A model generated the notes under the pieces. That model did not search any database. It saw nothing but the letters and a program-made list of their open reading frames with translations, and had not been told where the DNA came from. A stretch of DNA of 64,000 nucleotides from the human T2T-CHM13v2.0 reference genome, Homo sapiens, in the NCBI RefSeq assembly GCF_009914755.1, contig NC_060932.1, one strand, 5' to 3'. Shown in pieces: positions 1 through 15,821 of this stretch. Positions within the stretch are counted from its first letter, which is position 1. Every line of letters starts with the position of its first letter. Both the position numbers and the translations under genes were made by a program.

Positions 1-374
1 TTCCCCACCTGGAAGAGGACAAATGGAGAATAAGTGTCCTGTGCCCCAACACCTGACATCTGTGTAGTCCTTTACAGATTACAAAACACCGCCGTGCATT
101 TGCAAAAGGAGTCTTTGAAGTAACCGTCTAAGTGACTCAAATTATGATTTTCATGCCCACTCTAAGCAAAATATGGGGTCAGAGGACCCCCATCCATGGC
201 AGAGCTGGAAATCAAACCAGATTTCAAGCAAGTATTTGAAATCAGGTTTAAAAAAATATACCCAACAGGTGAGGTGAGACACTCTTGCAGCCATAGCCAT
301 TAATGACTCCAGGAGAGGTGAATGGGCAGATGGACTGAGGAGTGCAGCAGAGGAAGTTCAGGGACACTTCTCAG

Positions 375-470
375 TCTAACAAGCACTTACTGAGCACCTA
401 CTGCATACTGCATGCTGTGTTGCATACTGGGGATAGAACCGTGAACAGACATGACCCCTGCCTTGTAAAG
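375..470 (-). mobile_element. L2 3'-end remnant
   Basis: AAGCACTTACTGAGCACCTACTG...CTGGGGATAGAACCGTGAACAGAC resembles the antisense L2 3' terminus. Confidence 0.6.
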
Positions 471-660
471 CTGGGGCAAAATGGGAAGTGTCTAGCAATC
501 AAGAGGCTCTTTAGAGAGGGAAGCAGCCGCAGAGGTGATGTATGTGCACCCCTGGGACGTGCAGGGATATTTCTGGACTCACATCCCAAGAGGTGATTCA
601 AGATGCAGAATCAGCCCCAACTCAGATTGGCCTTGGGTGCTCATTAAACAGCAGTAGCCA

Positions 661-958
<298 letters not shown>

Positions 959-2053
959 GTGGTAGCCACCATAGCCTGACTATAAAAAGGTAAAGCTCCC
1001 TGCTCTGTTATTACATCATTTCTTTGTGTTTGCATTTTTATTTTCTGCCTTTGACTTGTTTTGTTTTTCTCTGGGTCCTCTAACAAAATTCTTTCTCCAA
1101 AACCTCAAACTCTTGTGAGATGAACCAAAATAAGGAGAACTTGCGAATGCCCAGACAGGGAATGAGAAGTGAACCATGGTGCTGACCAGAGCCAAATGCT
1201 ACAGGTGCCAGGAAGGACCAGAAAGGGTCAAGAAAACAAAGTGATAAAAACGCACAGCGGGGAGATCTAGACAGCTCCGTGTTTTGAATCTCCTTAGTTT
1301 GGTTTGAAAACCCATCCAAACCCAAAACACCGGAAAACATATTCTTCTTTATTAGGTAGCCCATGTCTTCCATTTTCAGGTTTGCTGAGAAGGAAACAGT
1401 ATCCAAAGGCTGGGAACTGTCCTCTTATGTTCACACTATAAAGTCGTCTCCACTAGCATCTACCATTCCCATGCCATTTTAAGGATCTGCTCTCCAATGA
1501 TAGAGCCTCAACCCTCAGTCATGTTTTTCTAGGATATATGCAGTTTCCCCATAGAGCAGGAAAGAGCCTAAGTGGATGACGTTCTTCTAGTAGAGCTTCA
1601 TAGCCCTTTTATTACATACGGCTTTCTTCATCTGTCCTATGGATAAAAGGCCAGCCAGAGAGGGCAGGGCAACATTCAACCCACACTCAATAAAGAGGAT
1701 TATTTGTAACAAGCATTTAATGTCTTTTCAAAGCTTAATAATCAGTGACCTTTTCAAGATTTCTCAATTTGCTGGAATCTACCTCAGTCTTGATAATGAT
1801 CATCTGTGGCTTCTGTTATCCTGGAATCTCACATCTGGCTGGGCTTGTTCCCCCACAGGAGGTTTAATTTATGTGCAATAAATGCATCCAATCTAAGAGT
1901 ATAGATAAATGAATGTTTTACAGCATCAGTTTATTATTTAAATATCATGTGGAGTGAATCAAGCAATGATTTTGCTGAGTGGAGTATCTCTCTAGATGCT
2001 TATTATAATAAGCCTCCTGGTCTTCGCTATCAATTAATCAAAACCTATCAATT

Positions 2054-2360
<307 letters not shown>

Positions 2361-2409
2361 TTTATAAATTTTTAAAACCTATCAATCATTTTATTTTTAA
2401 TTTCTTCGA

Positions 2410-3990
<1,581 letters not shown>

Positions 3991-5979
3991 ATAACGTGTG
4001 ACTATGTTATCTCATTTGGACTTTACAACAAAATGTTTTAATTCCTATGCTACGTAAGAGGCTGAAGTGTAACAAGGTTAAGTTACTGAGCCAAGCTAAC
4101 ACAGAAAGCTGTGGCTTTTGTTTTGACTATAACTTCCTCTCGATATTTCAAGACTCTGAGCTTTTTCTGTGTACCAAAATCTTGTTGAGAGCAGCAGGCG
4201 ATCTGGAGAGAAAGAGGTGGAGGAGGAAAAAGTACCATGTCTCCAGAGCTGGAGGGCCCAAGATAAAAAGCAATGCCTTTGGCTTCCTTAATATGGCCTC
4301 TTTGCTCCCTGAAGTGAGCAATAGCTTTGCTCATCTTCACCCCTCTGCCCTTTCTTTTCTGCACTGAGGGTACTACATCTGCTCATGCACAGTCACTAAC
4401 AAAGATTCCTGAGTGATCTGACATCCTCTCAGACCTACTTACCAAGCTGTGCTTCCTGGTCCAGGACTGGGTCCACTTGGAGAACAGAAGGCACCCTCTT
4501 TATCTACCCCCAAATGTCCTATGGGCTAGCAATGGCTTTTCCTGTTCCCCTGGCCCATTCCTTGACTGGGAATATTTTTAAAGCAAGAGGTACTTTACTC
4601 TTTGGGGTACTGTCACAGGAGATTCTCCCTCAGGCCTGGCTCATGGTCCCTGATCCTTATTGAATACCCCAAACTGTATCCTAGCTAGTGATAAGTCTGG
4701 TTGTTCTCTTTCCTATCTCCGTGTGTCTGCATGAGCGGCTGTCACTTCATTTCTGGACTTTCTGCCTCTAGGACATGGACTGATTTTATCATTCGCTGGC
4801 TTCTCTTTAACTTCCTTCCTTTCTCCCCAGGGGCAAGGGGGTGCATCTGTTTTCATGATCTCCCATCTTGAATGGTAATCAGTGTTCCACCAGACGTGGC
4901 TTCCCATATCCTTGACTTTATCTTAATAAATGACCCATCATATTTAGCAGAAATCATTGCGTCTTTGTTTAGGGATTAGGACTAGAGATATATTTAAACT
5001 GCACTGAGCACTGGTAATCCTGAAAGGGCTGAAGCAATTCTGATAGGATGATGGGGCCACAGCAGTTAGCGCATTCGCTCAGTTGCAGATGTTATTAAAG
5101 CAGCTGTCCGTTCTCAGCACAGAAGAGATAAGCAGGGATTGGTATGCATGTGCACATATATATACAGGCTTGCTCTGGCATGCATGGGTGCATGCAAACA
5201 CACGTGCCTGCACACTCCAAAGCATGAACTCATGTAATAATGCTTGTATGCCTAAGCAAATCCCATGAGCCTGCACATGCACATTCGTGTGTAGGACATA
5301 TCTCTTCATGCACATGTAAACATATACACCCATTTTCAAAATGTTGCAAATAATATGAAGGCATGTCTATGTACATATACACAGGTAACCACATCCCCAC
5401 AATTATGGTGGTAAAAATATGCAAACAAACAGCTACTCTGTAGCCCTCTGGTACAGTGTACAGTGTTCAGGATGTGAGCCTCTGGGTTCCAGATACAGAG
5501 TCTGCAAAAAGCTCCAGGTGTCTTATGACTGCTTCTTCCTGCTTTTGTGCACAGCAGTCTCTATCTCCTGGGTGTCTTAGCAGAGCCTTCCTTGGCTACC
5601 TTATGATGCCAGGTATTACTTGAAAACCCTACTAAATCCTGATCAATTCAGCCTCCCTTTGCCCCAGGAGCTGGGACACCTCTAATAACATTAAAGCATC
5701 TCAGCTACCTGCCCACAGTCTGCCACACGGCCACTGCCCCCCCTACTAGTGGCCTTGATGTTTCATTGATTTATTCATTCATTCTGTTCACAGGTATTTC
5801 TTGAGTTCCTGCTGTGTCTAGACCTGTGCAACGAGTTGAATAGGATACAAATGCATTTCAGATTTATTTCTGTCTTTCAGGATCTTGTGGGAATATAAGG
5901 CCTTCATACACAAACCAGTTATATAATAGTAAAAGACAGTTATATAATGGTACAATAATGCTAAGTGCTCAAATGAGCA

Positions 5980-6495
5980 TGCACTGGGGTCCCTGAGACC
6001 ACGTTTGGATATTCACTGGAAGCACTACTGAGACTCAGCATATAATTGTCCTCACACCTAATATTCATGACAATGATGTGGTGAGGATGCTTAGCTAAAT
6101 CATAAGGGGAAAAGGGACAGGCAGAGTCTGGTGGAATCCACGTGCAAGATACCTCACGCTCTGTCCAACCCTCAGCAACAAAAATGCAGCAACATGTGTG
6201 TGGTATTTCTGCCCAGGGCAGCCCAGTAAGGACTCAGTGCCAAGGATTTTATTGGGGGTGACTGCATTGGCACAATCTGCCTAGCATGTACCAAAACTCC
6301 AGCTTCCCAGAATGGAAGCAGGTGTTCAGCATAAACACCACGTAGACACTGTGAGCCACCCTTATCAATTAGGGAATGTATTATATAAGCATAGGAAACT
6401 GGCTACATTCCAAGATGCCAACAAAGGGCAACCTTGTCATCAGTCCTTTGTAAAGAGAGTGGTGTCAGGTTTGTTCCATTAACTCTTCTCTGCAC
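5980..6495 (-). mobile_element. ERVL-class solo LTR (MER77/MER68 group)
   Basis: GCAGGTGTTCAGCATAAAC, GTGAGCCACCCTTATCA and terminus TTAACTCTTCTCTGCAC match the recalled MER77/MER68 consensus. Confidence 0.75.
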
Positions 6496-7157
6496 GGAGC
6501 GGCAAGGAGAGGCGAGCAGTTCTAGAAAACGAAATATGAGTCTGAGCTGGGAAGAGGGCTTTTGAACTGAGTCTTGAAGGATGACTGGCATTTAAGAAGG
6601 CACAGGGTGCTAGCAGTGGAGAGAAAGACAAAAGTTTAGCTCAAAGGGAGATTAAGCAGGGTAGCAAGGAAGGACAAAGAGAGGCAGAACAGGATTCTCT
6701 ACCTATTCATCAAACATAAATGCGATATTTGCTACAAGTTGGAAACTCTGCTAGGCAGTGAGAACTTAGATCCAATCCTTAAAGAATTATAAACCAAGAA
6801 GGGAAATAGACAAATAGCCCATCATTTCAGTAGCAGGGTCAAAGAAGAACCCAGCCACATCTGAGGAAGCTCTGGAACATTCACATCGTGTTTGAGACCT
6901 GAGATATGAGGATTTGCTGGGTCAAGAGGGAGAACAGTTCTCTAAGACTGCACATGCAGAGGCCTAGAGGAGAGAGAACATGGTGAATCCAACCTTCTAT
7001 TCCAAATTGCTGCTCCTGGGCAGGCTAGGGCAGTATGTGTGTGTCTTTTGCATGTTTGTTCTGTTTTGCTGCTAAATGAGATTCAGATCAGCAGGGCAGG
7101 TTCACATTCAATTATGTAGCTGCTTATATTGTTGAATGTCCATCAAATATGCAACTA

Positions 7158-7991
7158 TAGCAGGTCCTTGAATAACATTGTTTCATTCAATCTCATTTCG
7201 TTATAATGTTGATGAAAAAGAATCCATTTGCAGCCAGGGCCACTGTCTGTGTAGAGTTGGCATGTTCTGCCCCATGTCTGCATGAGTTTTCTCCTGGTGC
7301 TCTTGTTTTCATCCCACATCCAACAGTTGAGCATGTTAAACAAACTGACCTGCTCGATTTTCTGAGACTGGGTGAGTGTGGGTGTACATGTGAGTGTGCC
7401 TTGTAGGGGGATGACATCCTGTCCAGGGCTGGCTCTTGCCTGGCACCCTGAGCTGCTGGGATAGGCTGTGGTTACTCATGACCCTGAACTGGAATAAGCA
7501 GTTTGGAAAATGAATTATTGGAAAATGAAAGCTTGTAAAGTATATGATAATGATACAAATGCATGACAATAAATGATGCAGCATGAAAATGCTCAGTGAG
7601 CCCACAAGATTTGTGATGGTTTCAAACTGTGTGGTGGGAGGAGGTGCTCCTGAAAATTCTCACTTTGCAAACATTTGTTCCTTGATGTAACCCACCACCA
7701 CTATGACCATTGTCATTCACCAATTCACCAAAAATCTGATGAGTAATTATCCTTTTATTAATCTTTCTAAAGTGTATGTTTGGCCCACATTTATTTCAGT
7801 GTTTAATATTAGAGGTGTTCGGGTCTTCATTTAGAAGTTTAGTGATGTTTTCATGACAAGAAATACACTGTAGGACCTTAACTCTTGTTTATACCAATGA
7901 GCCTAAGGGAAAATTGGTTTTGTTGTCTCTTGCTTCACCTAAAGGTGCAGTTTCCAAGGACCTTTGGATGATGGTAATTGAGGGCTTACTG
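7158..7991 (+). mobile_element. MER6 (TcMar-Tigger non-autonomous DNA transposon), essentially full length
   Basis: (T)AGCAGGTCCTTGAATAAC...TTGAGGGCTTACTG termini, TA on both sides (7156-57, 7992-93), internal GGGATAGGCT...GACCCTGAACTGGAATAAGC. Confidence 0.9.
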
Positions 7992-8069
7992 TATTTTATA
8001 GCGAAGACACCAGAGTTCGTAACTGTTAACAGATGTTCTCATTCCCCTGGTTATCCCTGGTTCTCTAAC

Positions 8070-8770
8070 TCCCATCTAATGTGTTGGCAAGTCCTTTTGT
8101 CTGTACCTCCAAACCTATCCCCCATCAGACCCCCTCTCACCATCTTCACTGCTATCCTAGGAGCCCTAGAGACCAGCATCTCCTTCCTAAGCAGCATCAA
8201 GAGTAAATTAAACCAGGTAATATCTCTGTCCTGTAAAGCCTTACAAATACTGACCATTGCATTTGCTGAAAGGTTCATACTGCTTACCAATGCCTAATGC
8301 CCCAGTTATCTGTCCCCTGCTTACCTTTCCACCCTTGGCATATTTCTCTTCCTTCCACTCAGTGGACTGGGTGCCCTGGTCTTCTTTCTGTCCCTGGAGC
8401 ACACCAAGGTTATTCTTACCCCACGGCCTCTGCACTGGCCGTTCCCTTTGCCTGCAACTCTCTTTTCCCAGGTCACCAGCTCACTGGCTCTTTCTGATGC
8501 TGCAGGTCTCTGCTGAAAAGCAGCTCCGCAAAGAACTCTCTCAGCTTCTGTATCTCAAGCTCTCCCTTCATCCCCCGCCCCCAAAACCCTCCTCTATGAC
8601 TCACTGTTATTTTCTTTATGTAACTATTTATCCCCATCTGGATTCTTCCCCCGTTTGGATTTTATTGTCTGTCTCCCATCAATGGCAAAGTAAATTTCCT
8701 GACGCCAGAGGTCTTACCTAGCTTGCCTGGCGTCTTCTTCAACAAGTATATGATCAAATGAACGAAATGT
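8070..8770 (+). mobile_element. L2 remnant
   Basis: GGCCTCTGCACTGGCCGTTCCCTTTGCCTG-type L2 motif, ending in an AATGAACGAA tail. Confidence 0.65.
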
Positions 8771-10721
8771 TTCTTGGCTAGCAAGTGGTTGGACTGGGGA
8801 ATTAACAGAGAACACTAGACCTTCTCTTCTGCCTGTCTTGGGACACAGAGCATTCAAATCCCTCCAGCAGGGGGAGGAAGAAGAAATACCTGGCAGATGT
8901 GACACAGCAAGGAGACCTGGGCAGCCAGTGGACAGAAGGACAGTGGGCCCGGAGGACACCCACCAGCATACTTGCTGGGGCAGAAGAGGGGACTGTGGCC
9001 AGTCCATCTACAGGCAATGCAGGGGGGCAAGCTGAGCCAGCAGCCTTAAGAGGAAAGAGAGAGTTGGTACATGAATTCCAAGCGAGTGCAGAAAGATCAT
9101 CCAGACACATGGGATGTTCTGATTGACAGCAGAGAAGCAAAGCAATGAGGGAAACAGAGGCAGGCAGGCAATGTCAGGTGTGGTAGCCAGGCACTAGCTG
9201 CTAATCTGGGCTTTAAGGTCACAACTCTCTCCCTTGGGAGAACTGGCAAGAGTAAGGCTGGCCTAACCCTGGAAGAGCGGGGGCACCCACCAGAGTGGCA
9301 GTTCAGAACCTCCCGATCTGCATAGGGTGCATTTGGTGGAATTCTGGGCATGACCAAAGATGGGGTGCCTGAGCTGGGGTGTGAGGGAAGGGTGTGAGGA
9401 GCAAGGATGGACTTGATAGGGAGCTTCTCCTTTCCTTTTTTTTTAAGTACAAAATTATACATATATTTATATATATAATAACATGACATATCTATGTACA
9501 ACATGGCTGGGACAGTTGAAGAAACTATACAATGGTGTTCAAGAGAGCAAGATTCTGTAATCCTCTTGCTGCTTCTTTCATCCAGCAGGAAGCTTGTGGT
9601 TGATGTCAGAGGCCCAGGCAGCAGGAGTTGGCACACTGCTGTCAAGTGGCCACAGCTGTAGCTGTTAGGAGATAGAGTAGCAGGAACAGGGAGCCAGGAG
9701 GTCATTAAACCACAGAGCCAAGCATGAACTTGCCTCATTCACACTTTTCCTAGGGAACAGACCTGAATGGACTTATCTCGAACCACCAAGAAAAGAGGCT
9801 GGAATAGGGCTTTGGGAGCAGATCTCTTTAGCAGGAGAGAGAATGGTGCCAGCAGCCCTTCCCACCAACATCCGGCCAAGCTGTCTGCATTGAAACACAG
9901 AGCTCAGCAACTGCAGCAGCTTAAAATGCATTCTATTCTATCTCTGCTCCCAGCATCTGCAGAAGCTAAGATGATGTTCTTTAAGGGCAAACCATAGACA
10001 CCTTCCATCTCTGGAGGGTTAAATGTGGAGAAGGAGGAACAGAGGAAAGGTCCCTGCACCTGTGAACGCAGCCCCTTCCCCACATGCAGTGAAACTTGAT
10101 GAAACAGCCCTTCCTGTTGGCACCTCTGGGTCCTGGGTGGGCCTGAGTCCATGCCACTCACTGATGGGGAATAGCATGGCTCTGTTTGCATGGATGCAAC
10201 TCCCCAGCAGATGGTGAATCAGACCTCGATGTCTCTGTGTGCGCTTTATACATTTTACTTGTTGGTAATGAATTTACAAATCCTTTAAGTATGGAAAACA
10301 GAGCCTTCCCACAAGCTGAACAGATGGGAGAGAAGGCTTTCTAAAGGCTCTTCAAAGTGGCCTTTTTCTTCACCCCCTCCTGGCTTAATATCTCTCTCTA
10401 TGTCTACAAATGCTTTATTAGCTGGGGGTGAGAGAGAACCTTCCCTGAGTCTCTTTCTCTGGTTCCCTAGAAAATTCCAGGCAGGCCTGCCCCGGCTAGG
10501 AACGCATTAGCAAGACAGCACTGGGCCCTGGCCAAGAACCTTCATTCAACATTGCATTCCTGGAGTGCAGCATAACTCATGGAGAGAAAAAAGGAGGCAG
10601 AACCTCTTGCAAAGCTGCCCCTGACTTCTCTGGCAGGGAAAGAGGTTCTCTTCTTTGTGGTGAGAGCTTCCTTCTGAGTGGCCAGAGTGTGGTGGATTGA
10701 ATGGGTTCAAGCTGCAAGCAC

Positions 10722-11500
10722 TGCAGCAGACTGAACTAATGTTTTACCTTTTCCTGATCCATACCCTTTGCCGTATCACTTTTCAGTGCACCTTGACGCT
10801 GAACTTGGCATGCGGCTTGCTTTGGCCAATGGGATATTAGCAGACATAAAGCAGGCTAAGAATTTGTGATGGTTAATTTCATGTGTTCATTTGACTGGGC
10901 TAAAGGATGCCCAGATAGCAGCAATACCTTATATTTGAGTGTGGCCGCGAGGGTGTTTCTGGAAGACATTAACATTTGAATTGGTGGGCTAAGTAAAGCA
11001 GGTGGCCCTCCTCATACAGGTGGGCATCAACTAACCCACTGAGGGCCCACATAAAACAAAAAGGTGGGAGGAGGGCATTTTGCTCTCTGTTTGAGCTGGG
11101 ACATCTATCCTCCTGCTCTCAAGACTTGAGTTCTCTGGGTTTCGGGCCTTTGGACTTGGACTGGGACTTACCCTATTGACTCCCCCTAGTTCTCAGGCCT
11201 TTGGGTTTGGCCTGGAACTACACCACCAGTTTTCGTGGGTCTGCAGCTTGCAGATGGCAGATCACGGAACTTCTCGGCCTCTATAATCACATGAGCCAAT
11301 CCCTACTAAGAACGCTCTTTCTATACATCTATGTATATCTTACTGGTTTTGTTTCTCTGGAGAATCCTGACGCATACAGGCTTTAAATGAACTTGCTCAC
11401 AGAAGCATGTTTCTTGCTCCATCAGAAGGACGTCCCTGGGTAAGCTCGCTGGTCCCAGAAAGAGGAGACACATGGGGCTGAGCCAGCTCCCTTCCCGCTA
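10722..11500 (+). mobile_element. MaLR LTR (MLT1I/J-like) split by an MLT2 insertion
   Basis: CTTGCTTTGGCCAATGGGATATTAGCAGA before and GCTGGTCCCAG...GAGACACATGG after the MLT2. Confidence 0.6.
10865..11378 (+). mobile_element. MLT2B (ERVL) solo LTR
   Basis: TGTGATGGTTAATTTCATGTG start; GTTTCTCTGGAGAATCCTGACGCATACA end (TG...CA). Confidence 0.9.
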
Positions 11501-11829
11501 GACATGGACCCAGGATCCAAACAGGCAGATTAGATGCCCACGGTCAAGAGCCTGGATCACGTACTTCCTCTCACTCTCAGCATCTCCAACACAGAGCACC
11601 CATGTAGAAGAAACAATAATTACATAAACGGCTATGATTTACTGAACTTATGCTAAACAAAGGGATAATGATTATATTCATCTTATAGAGTTGTTTTGAA
11701 GATTAAGTCAGATGATAAAGTTTATTCCTTTTTTAAAGATTTAGGTTTATTGTCCCACTTAATCTTTGGCCCACAGTTTTTTGGCCCATGACAAGCACTA
11801 AATAAATGTCATTTTTTTTGCATTATTTA

Positions 11830-11972
11830 CATGCATTAATTTTAATCGTTAAAACAACCCTCAAGTTAAATATCATTATCTCATTTTACAGATGGAATAC
11901 TGAAGTACAGACTACTTAAGTGATGTGGCCAAAATTACACAGCCAGATATGTGGGAGAGCTAGGATTGAAAC
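11830..11972 (-). mobile_element. MIR
   Basis: CATTTTACAGATGGAATACTGAAG...TTAAGTGATGTGGCCAAAATTACACAGC core. Confidence 0.75.
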
Positions 11973-12098
11973 TTCTGTTTAACCCTGGAAATAATTAAAC
12001 AATATAAAACAAGATGCAGGACAAGTGCATATTCAGATTTTGGACACACAGTAAATGCTGAAAATACCATAAAAGAGTAAACCTATATTGATACGGAG

Positions 12099-12290
12099 CA
12101 GGGTTTTGACAACTTGACACTCCTGACATTCTGGAATGGATAATTCTTTGTCATACAAGGACCAGCCTGCGCACTCTAAGACGTTTAGCGGCACCCCTGG
12201 CCTCTCACCCACTAGATGCCAGTAGCACCTCCCCTGCAAGTGGTGACCACCAAAAGCTGTCTCCTGACATTGTCAAATGTTTCCTGAGAC
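12099..12290 (-). mobile_element. MER20 (hAT-Charlie)
   Basis: CCCACTAGATGCCAGTAGCAC and GACATTGTCAAATGT match the MER20 consensus. Confidence 0.85.
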
Positions 12291-12429
12291 CCAATGTTCT
12301 GGAAGTATCAAGGAAGGCTTCAAGCAGGACGCAGGCTTTGAGAGGTCCTGGTAAGAGCTTACATAGTAGTTCCCATCCTTAAATTTCAAGAACCATTTAA
12401 AAATCTTAAAAATAAATTAAGGGAGAACA

Positions 12430-15400
12430 TTTTTTTACTTCTCTTAAAAAAAAAACCGAGATACATGTGCGGAACATGCAGGTTTATTACCTAGGTATAC
12501 ACGTGCCATGGAGGTTTGCTGCACCTATTGACCCATCCTCTTAATTCCCTCCCCTCAACCCTCACCCGCTAACAGGCCCTGGTGTGTGCTGTTCCCTCCC
12601 TGTGTCCGTATCATCTCAATGTTCAGCTCCCACTTATGAGAACATGCAGTGTTTGGTTTTCTGTTCCGGTGTTAGTTTGCTGACGATGATGGCTTCTAGC
12701 TTCATCTATGTCCCTGCAAAGGACAATGATCTCATTCTTTTTTATGGCTGCATAGTATTACATGGTATATATGTACCACACCTTCTTTTTCCAGTCTATC
12801 ATTGATGGGCATTTGGGTTGCTTCCATGTCTTTGCTATTGTAAATAGTGCTGCAATAAGCATATGTGTGCATGTGTCCTTATAGTAGAATTATTTATAAT
12901 CCTTTGGATATATACCCAGTAATGGGATTGCTGGGTCAAATGATATTTCTGGTTCTAGATCCTTGAAAAATCGCCATGCTGTCTTCCACAATGGTTGAAC
13001 TAATTTACATACCCACCAACAGTGTAAAGGCATTCCTATATATCCACATCCTCTCCTACATCTGTTGTTTCCTGACTTAATAATCACCATTCTGACTGGC
13101 ATGAGATGGTGTCTCATTGTGGTTTTGATTTGCATTTCTCTGATGATCAACGACATTGATCTTTTTTTCATGTTTTTGGCCATGTAAATGTCTTCTGTTG
13201 ACAAATGTCTGTTCATATCCTTTGCCCACTTTTTGATGGAGTTGTTTATTTGTCTAGTAAATATGTTTAAGTTCCTTGTAAATTCTGGATATTAGACCTT
13301 TGTTAGATTGTTAGATTGCAAAAATTTTCTCCCATTCTGTAGGTTGCCTTTCATGCTGATGATAGGTTCTTTTGCTGTACAGAAGCTCTTTAGTTTCATT
13401 AGATCTAATTTGTCAATTTTGGCTTTTGTTGCAATTGCTTTTGGCGTTTTTGTCATGAAGTCTTTGCCCATGGCTATGTCCTGAATGGTATTGCCTAGGT
13501 TTTCTTCTAGGGTTTTGATGGTTTTGGGTTTCACATTTAAGTCTTTAATCCATCTTGAGTTAATTTTTGCATAAGGTCTAAGGAAGCGGTCCAGTTTCAG
13601 TTTTCTGCATATGGCTAGCCAGTTTTCCCAGCACCATTAACTGAATAGGACATCCTTTCCCCATTACTTGTTTTTGTCAGGTTGGTAGAAGATCAAATGT
13701 TTGTAGATGTGGGTAGATTTGTTATTTTGGAGGTCTCTGTTCTGCTCCATTGGTCTAGATGTCTACTTTGGTGGCAGTGTCATGCTGTGTTGGTTACTGT
13801 AGCCTTGTAGTATAGTTTGAAGTTAGGTAGTGTGATGCCTCCAGCTTTGTTCTTTTTTGTTTAGGATTGTCTTGGCTATACGGGATCTTCTTTAATTCCA
13901 TATGAAATTTAAAATAGTTTTCTCTAATTCTGTGAAGAATGTCAATGGTAGTTTGATGGCAATAGCATTGAATCTATAAATTACTTTGGGAAATATGGCC
14001 ATTTTCACGATGTTGATTCTTCCCATCTATGAGGATGGAATGTTCTTCCATCTGCTTGAGTCCTCTCTTATTTCCCTGAGCAGTGGTTTATAGTTCTCCT
14101 TGAAAAGGTTCTTCACATCCCTTGTTAGCTGTATTCCTAGGCATTTTGTTCTCTTTGTAGCAATCGTGAATGGGAGTTCATTCATGATTTGGCTCTCTGT
14201 TTGCCTATTGTTGGTGTAAAGGAATGCTTGTGATTTTTTCCACACTGATTTTGTATCCTGAGACTTTGCGGAAGTTGCTTATCAGTTCAAGGAGATTTTG
14301 GGCTGAGATAATGGGATTTTCTAAATATAAAATAATGTCATCTGCAAACAGAGACAATTTGGCTTGCTCTCTTCCCATTTGAAAACTATTTCTTTCTCTT
14401 GCCTGATTGCCCTGGCCAGAACTTCCAATACTATGATGCTGTACTATGGTGAGAGAGAGCATCCTTGCCTTGTACTTGTTTTCAAAGGGAATGCTTCCAG
14501 CTTTTGCCCATTCAATATGATATTGACTGTGGGTTTGTCATAAATAGCTTTTATTATTTTGAGATATGTTCCATCAATTCCTAGTTTATTGAGAGTTTTT
14601 AACATGAAGGGATGTTGAATTTTATCAAAGATCTTTTTTGCATCTATGGAGATAATCATGTGGTTTTTGTCTTTGGTTCTGTTTATGTGATGGGTTACAT
14701 TTATTGATTGCTGTATGTTGAACCAGCCTTGCATCCCAGGGATGAATGAAGCCAACTTGATCATGGTGGGTAAGTTTTTCAATCTGCTGCTGGATTCGGT
14801 TTGCCAGTATTTTTTTGAGCATTTTCACATCGATGTTCATCAGGGATATTGGCCTGAAGTTTTCTTTTTGTTGTTGTGTCTCCTCCCAGTTTTGGTATCA
14901 TAATTATGCCGGCTTCATAAAGTGAGTTGGGGGGGGGGGTCTCTCCTTTTCAATTGTTTGGAATAGTTTCAGAAGAAGGGATACCAGCTCCTCTTTGTAT
15001 TTCTGCTAGAGTTCAGTCGTGAATCCGTCTGGTCCTGGGGTTTTTTTGGTTGGTAGGCTATTAACTACTGCCTCAATTTCAGAACTTGTTATTAGTCTAT
15101 TCAGGTATTTGACTTCTTCCTGGTTTAGTCTTGGTAGGGTGTATGTGTCCAGGAATTTATCCAAGTTTTTCTAGATTTTCTAGTTTATTTGCATAGAGGT
15201 GTTTATTGTATTCTCTGATGGTAGTTTGTATTTCTGTGGGGTCAGTGGTAATATCCCCTTTATAATTTTTTATTGTACCTATTTGATTCTTCTCTGTTTT
15301 CTTATTAGTCTAGCTAGTGGTCTATTTTGTTAATTTTTTCAAAAAACCAGCTCCTGGATTCATTGAATTTTTCGGAGGGCGTTTTGTGTCTCTATCTCCT

Positions 15401-15821
15401 TCAATTCTTCTCTGATCTTAGTTATTTCTCGTCTTCTGCTAGCTTTTGGATTAGTTTGCTCTTGCCTCTCTAGCTCTTTTAATTGTGATGTTAGGGTGTT
15501 GATTTGAGATCTTTCTAGCTTTCTAATGTGGGCATTTGGTGCTATAAATTTCCCTCTTAACACTGCTTTAGCTTTGTCCCAGAGATTCTGGTCCATTGTC
15601 TCTGTTCTCATTGGTTTCAAAAAACTTCTTGATTTCTGCCTTAATTTCAATATTTATCCATGAGTCATTCAGGAGCAAGTTGTTCAATTTTCATGTATTA
15701 GTGTGGTTTTGAGTGAGTTTATTAATCCTGAGTTGTAATTTGATTGCACTGTGGTCTGAGAGACTATTTGTTATGATTTCAGTTCTTTTGCATTTGTTGA
15801 GGAGTGTTTTACTTCCATTTA
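12430..15821 (-). mobile_element. L1PA8-like LINE-1, 5'-truncated (3.4 kb), with frameshifted ORF2 (RT and C-terminal domains)
   Basis: Minus-strand ORFs contain [16 protein letters not shown] (RT FADD), [22 protein letters not shown]; 3' end has the internal T-run typical of L1PA8. Confidence 0.92.

Noticed and set aside
9097-9738. 213 aa minus-strand ORF and a + strand acceptor at 9585
   Set aside because: No recognisable domain, runs through a TA-rich tract, and no convincing partner donor
12890-15650. RT-like ORFs as a functional retroelement gene
   Set aside because: Frameshifted fragments of a 5'-truncated L1; no intact ORF2
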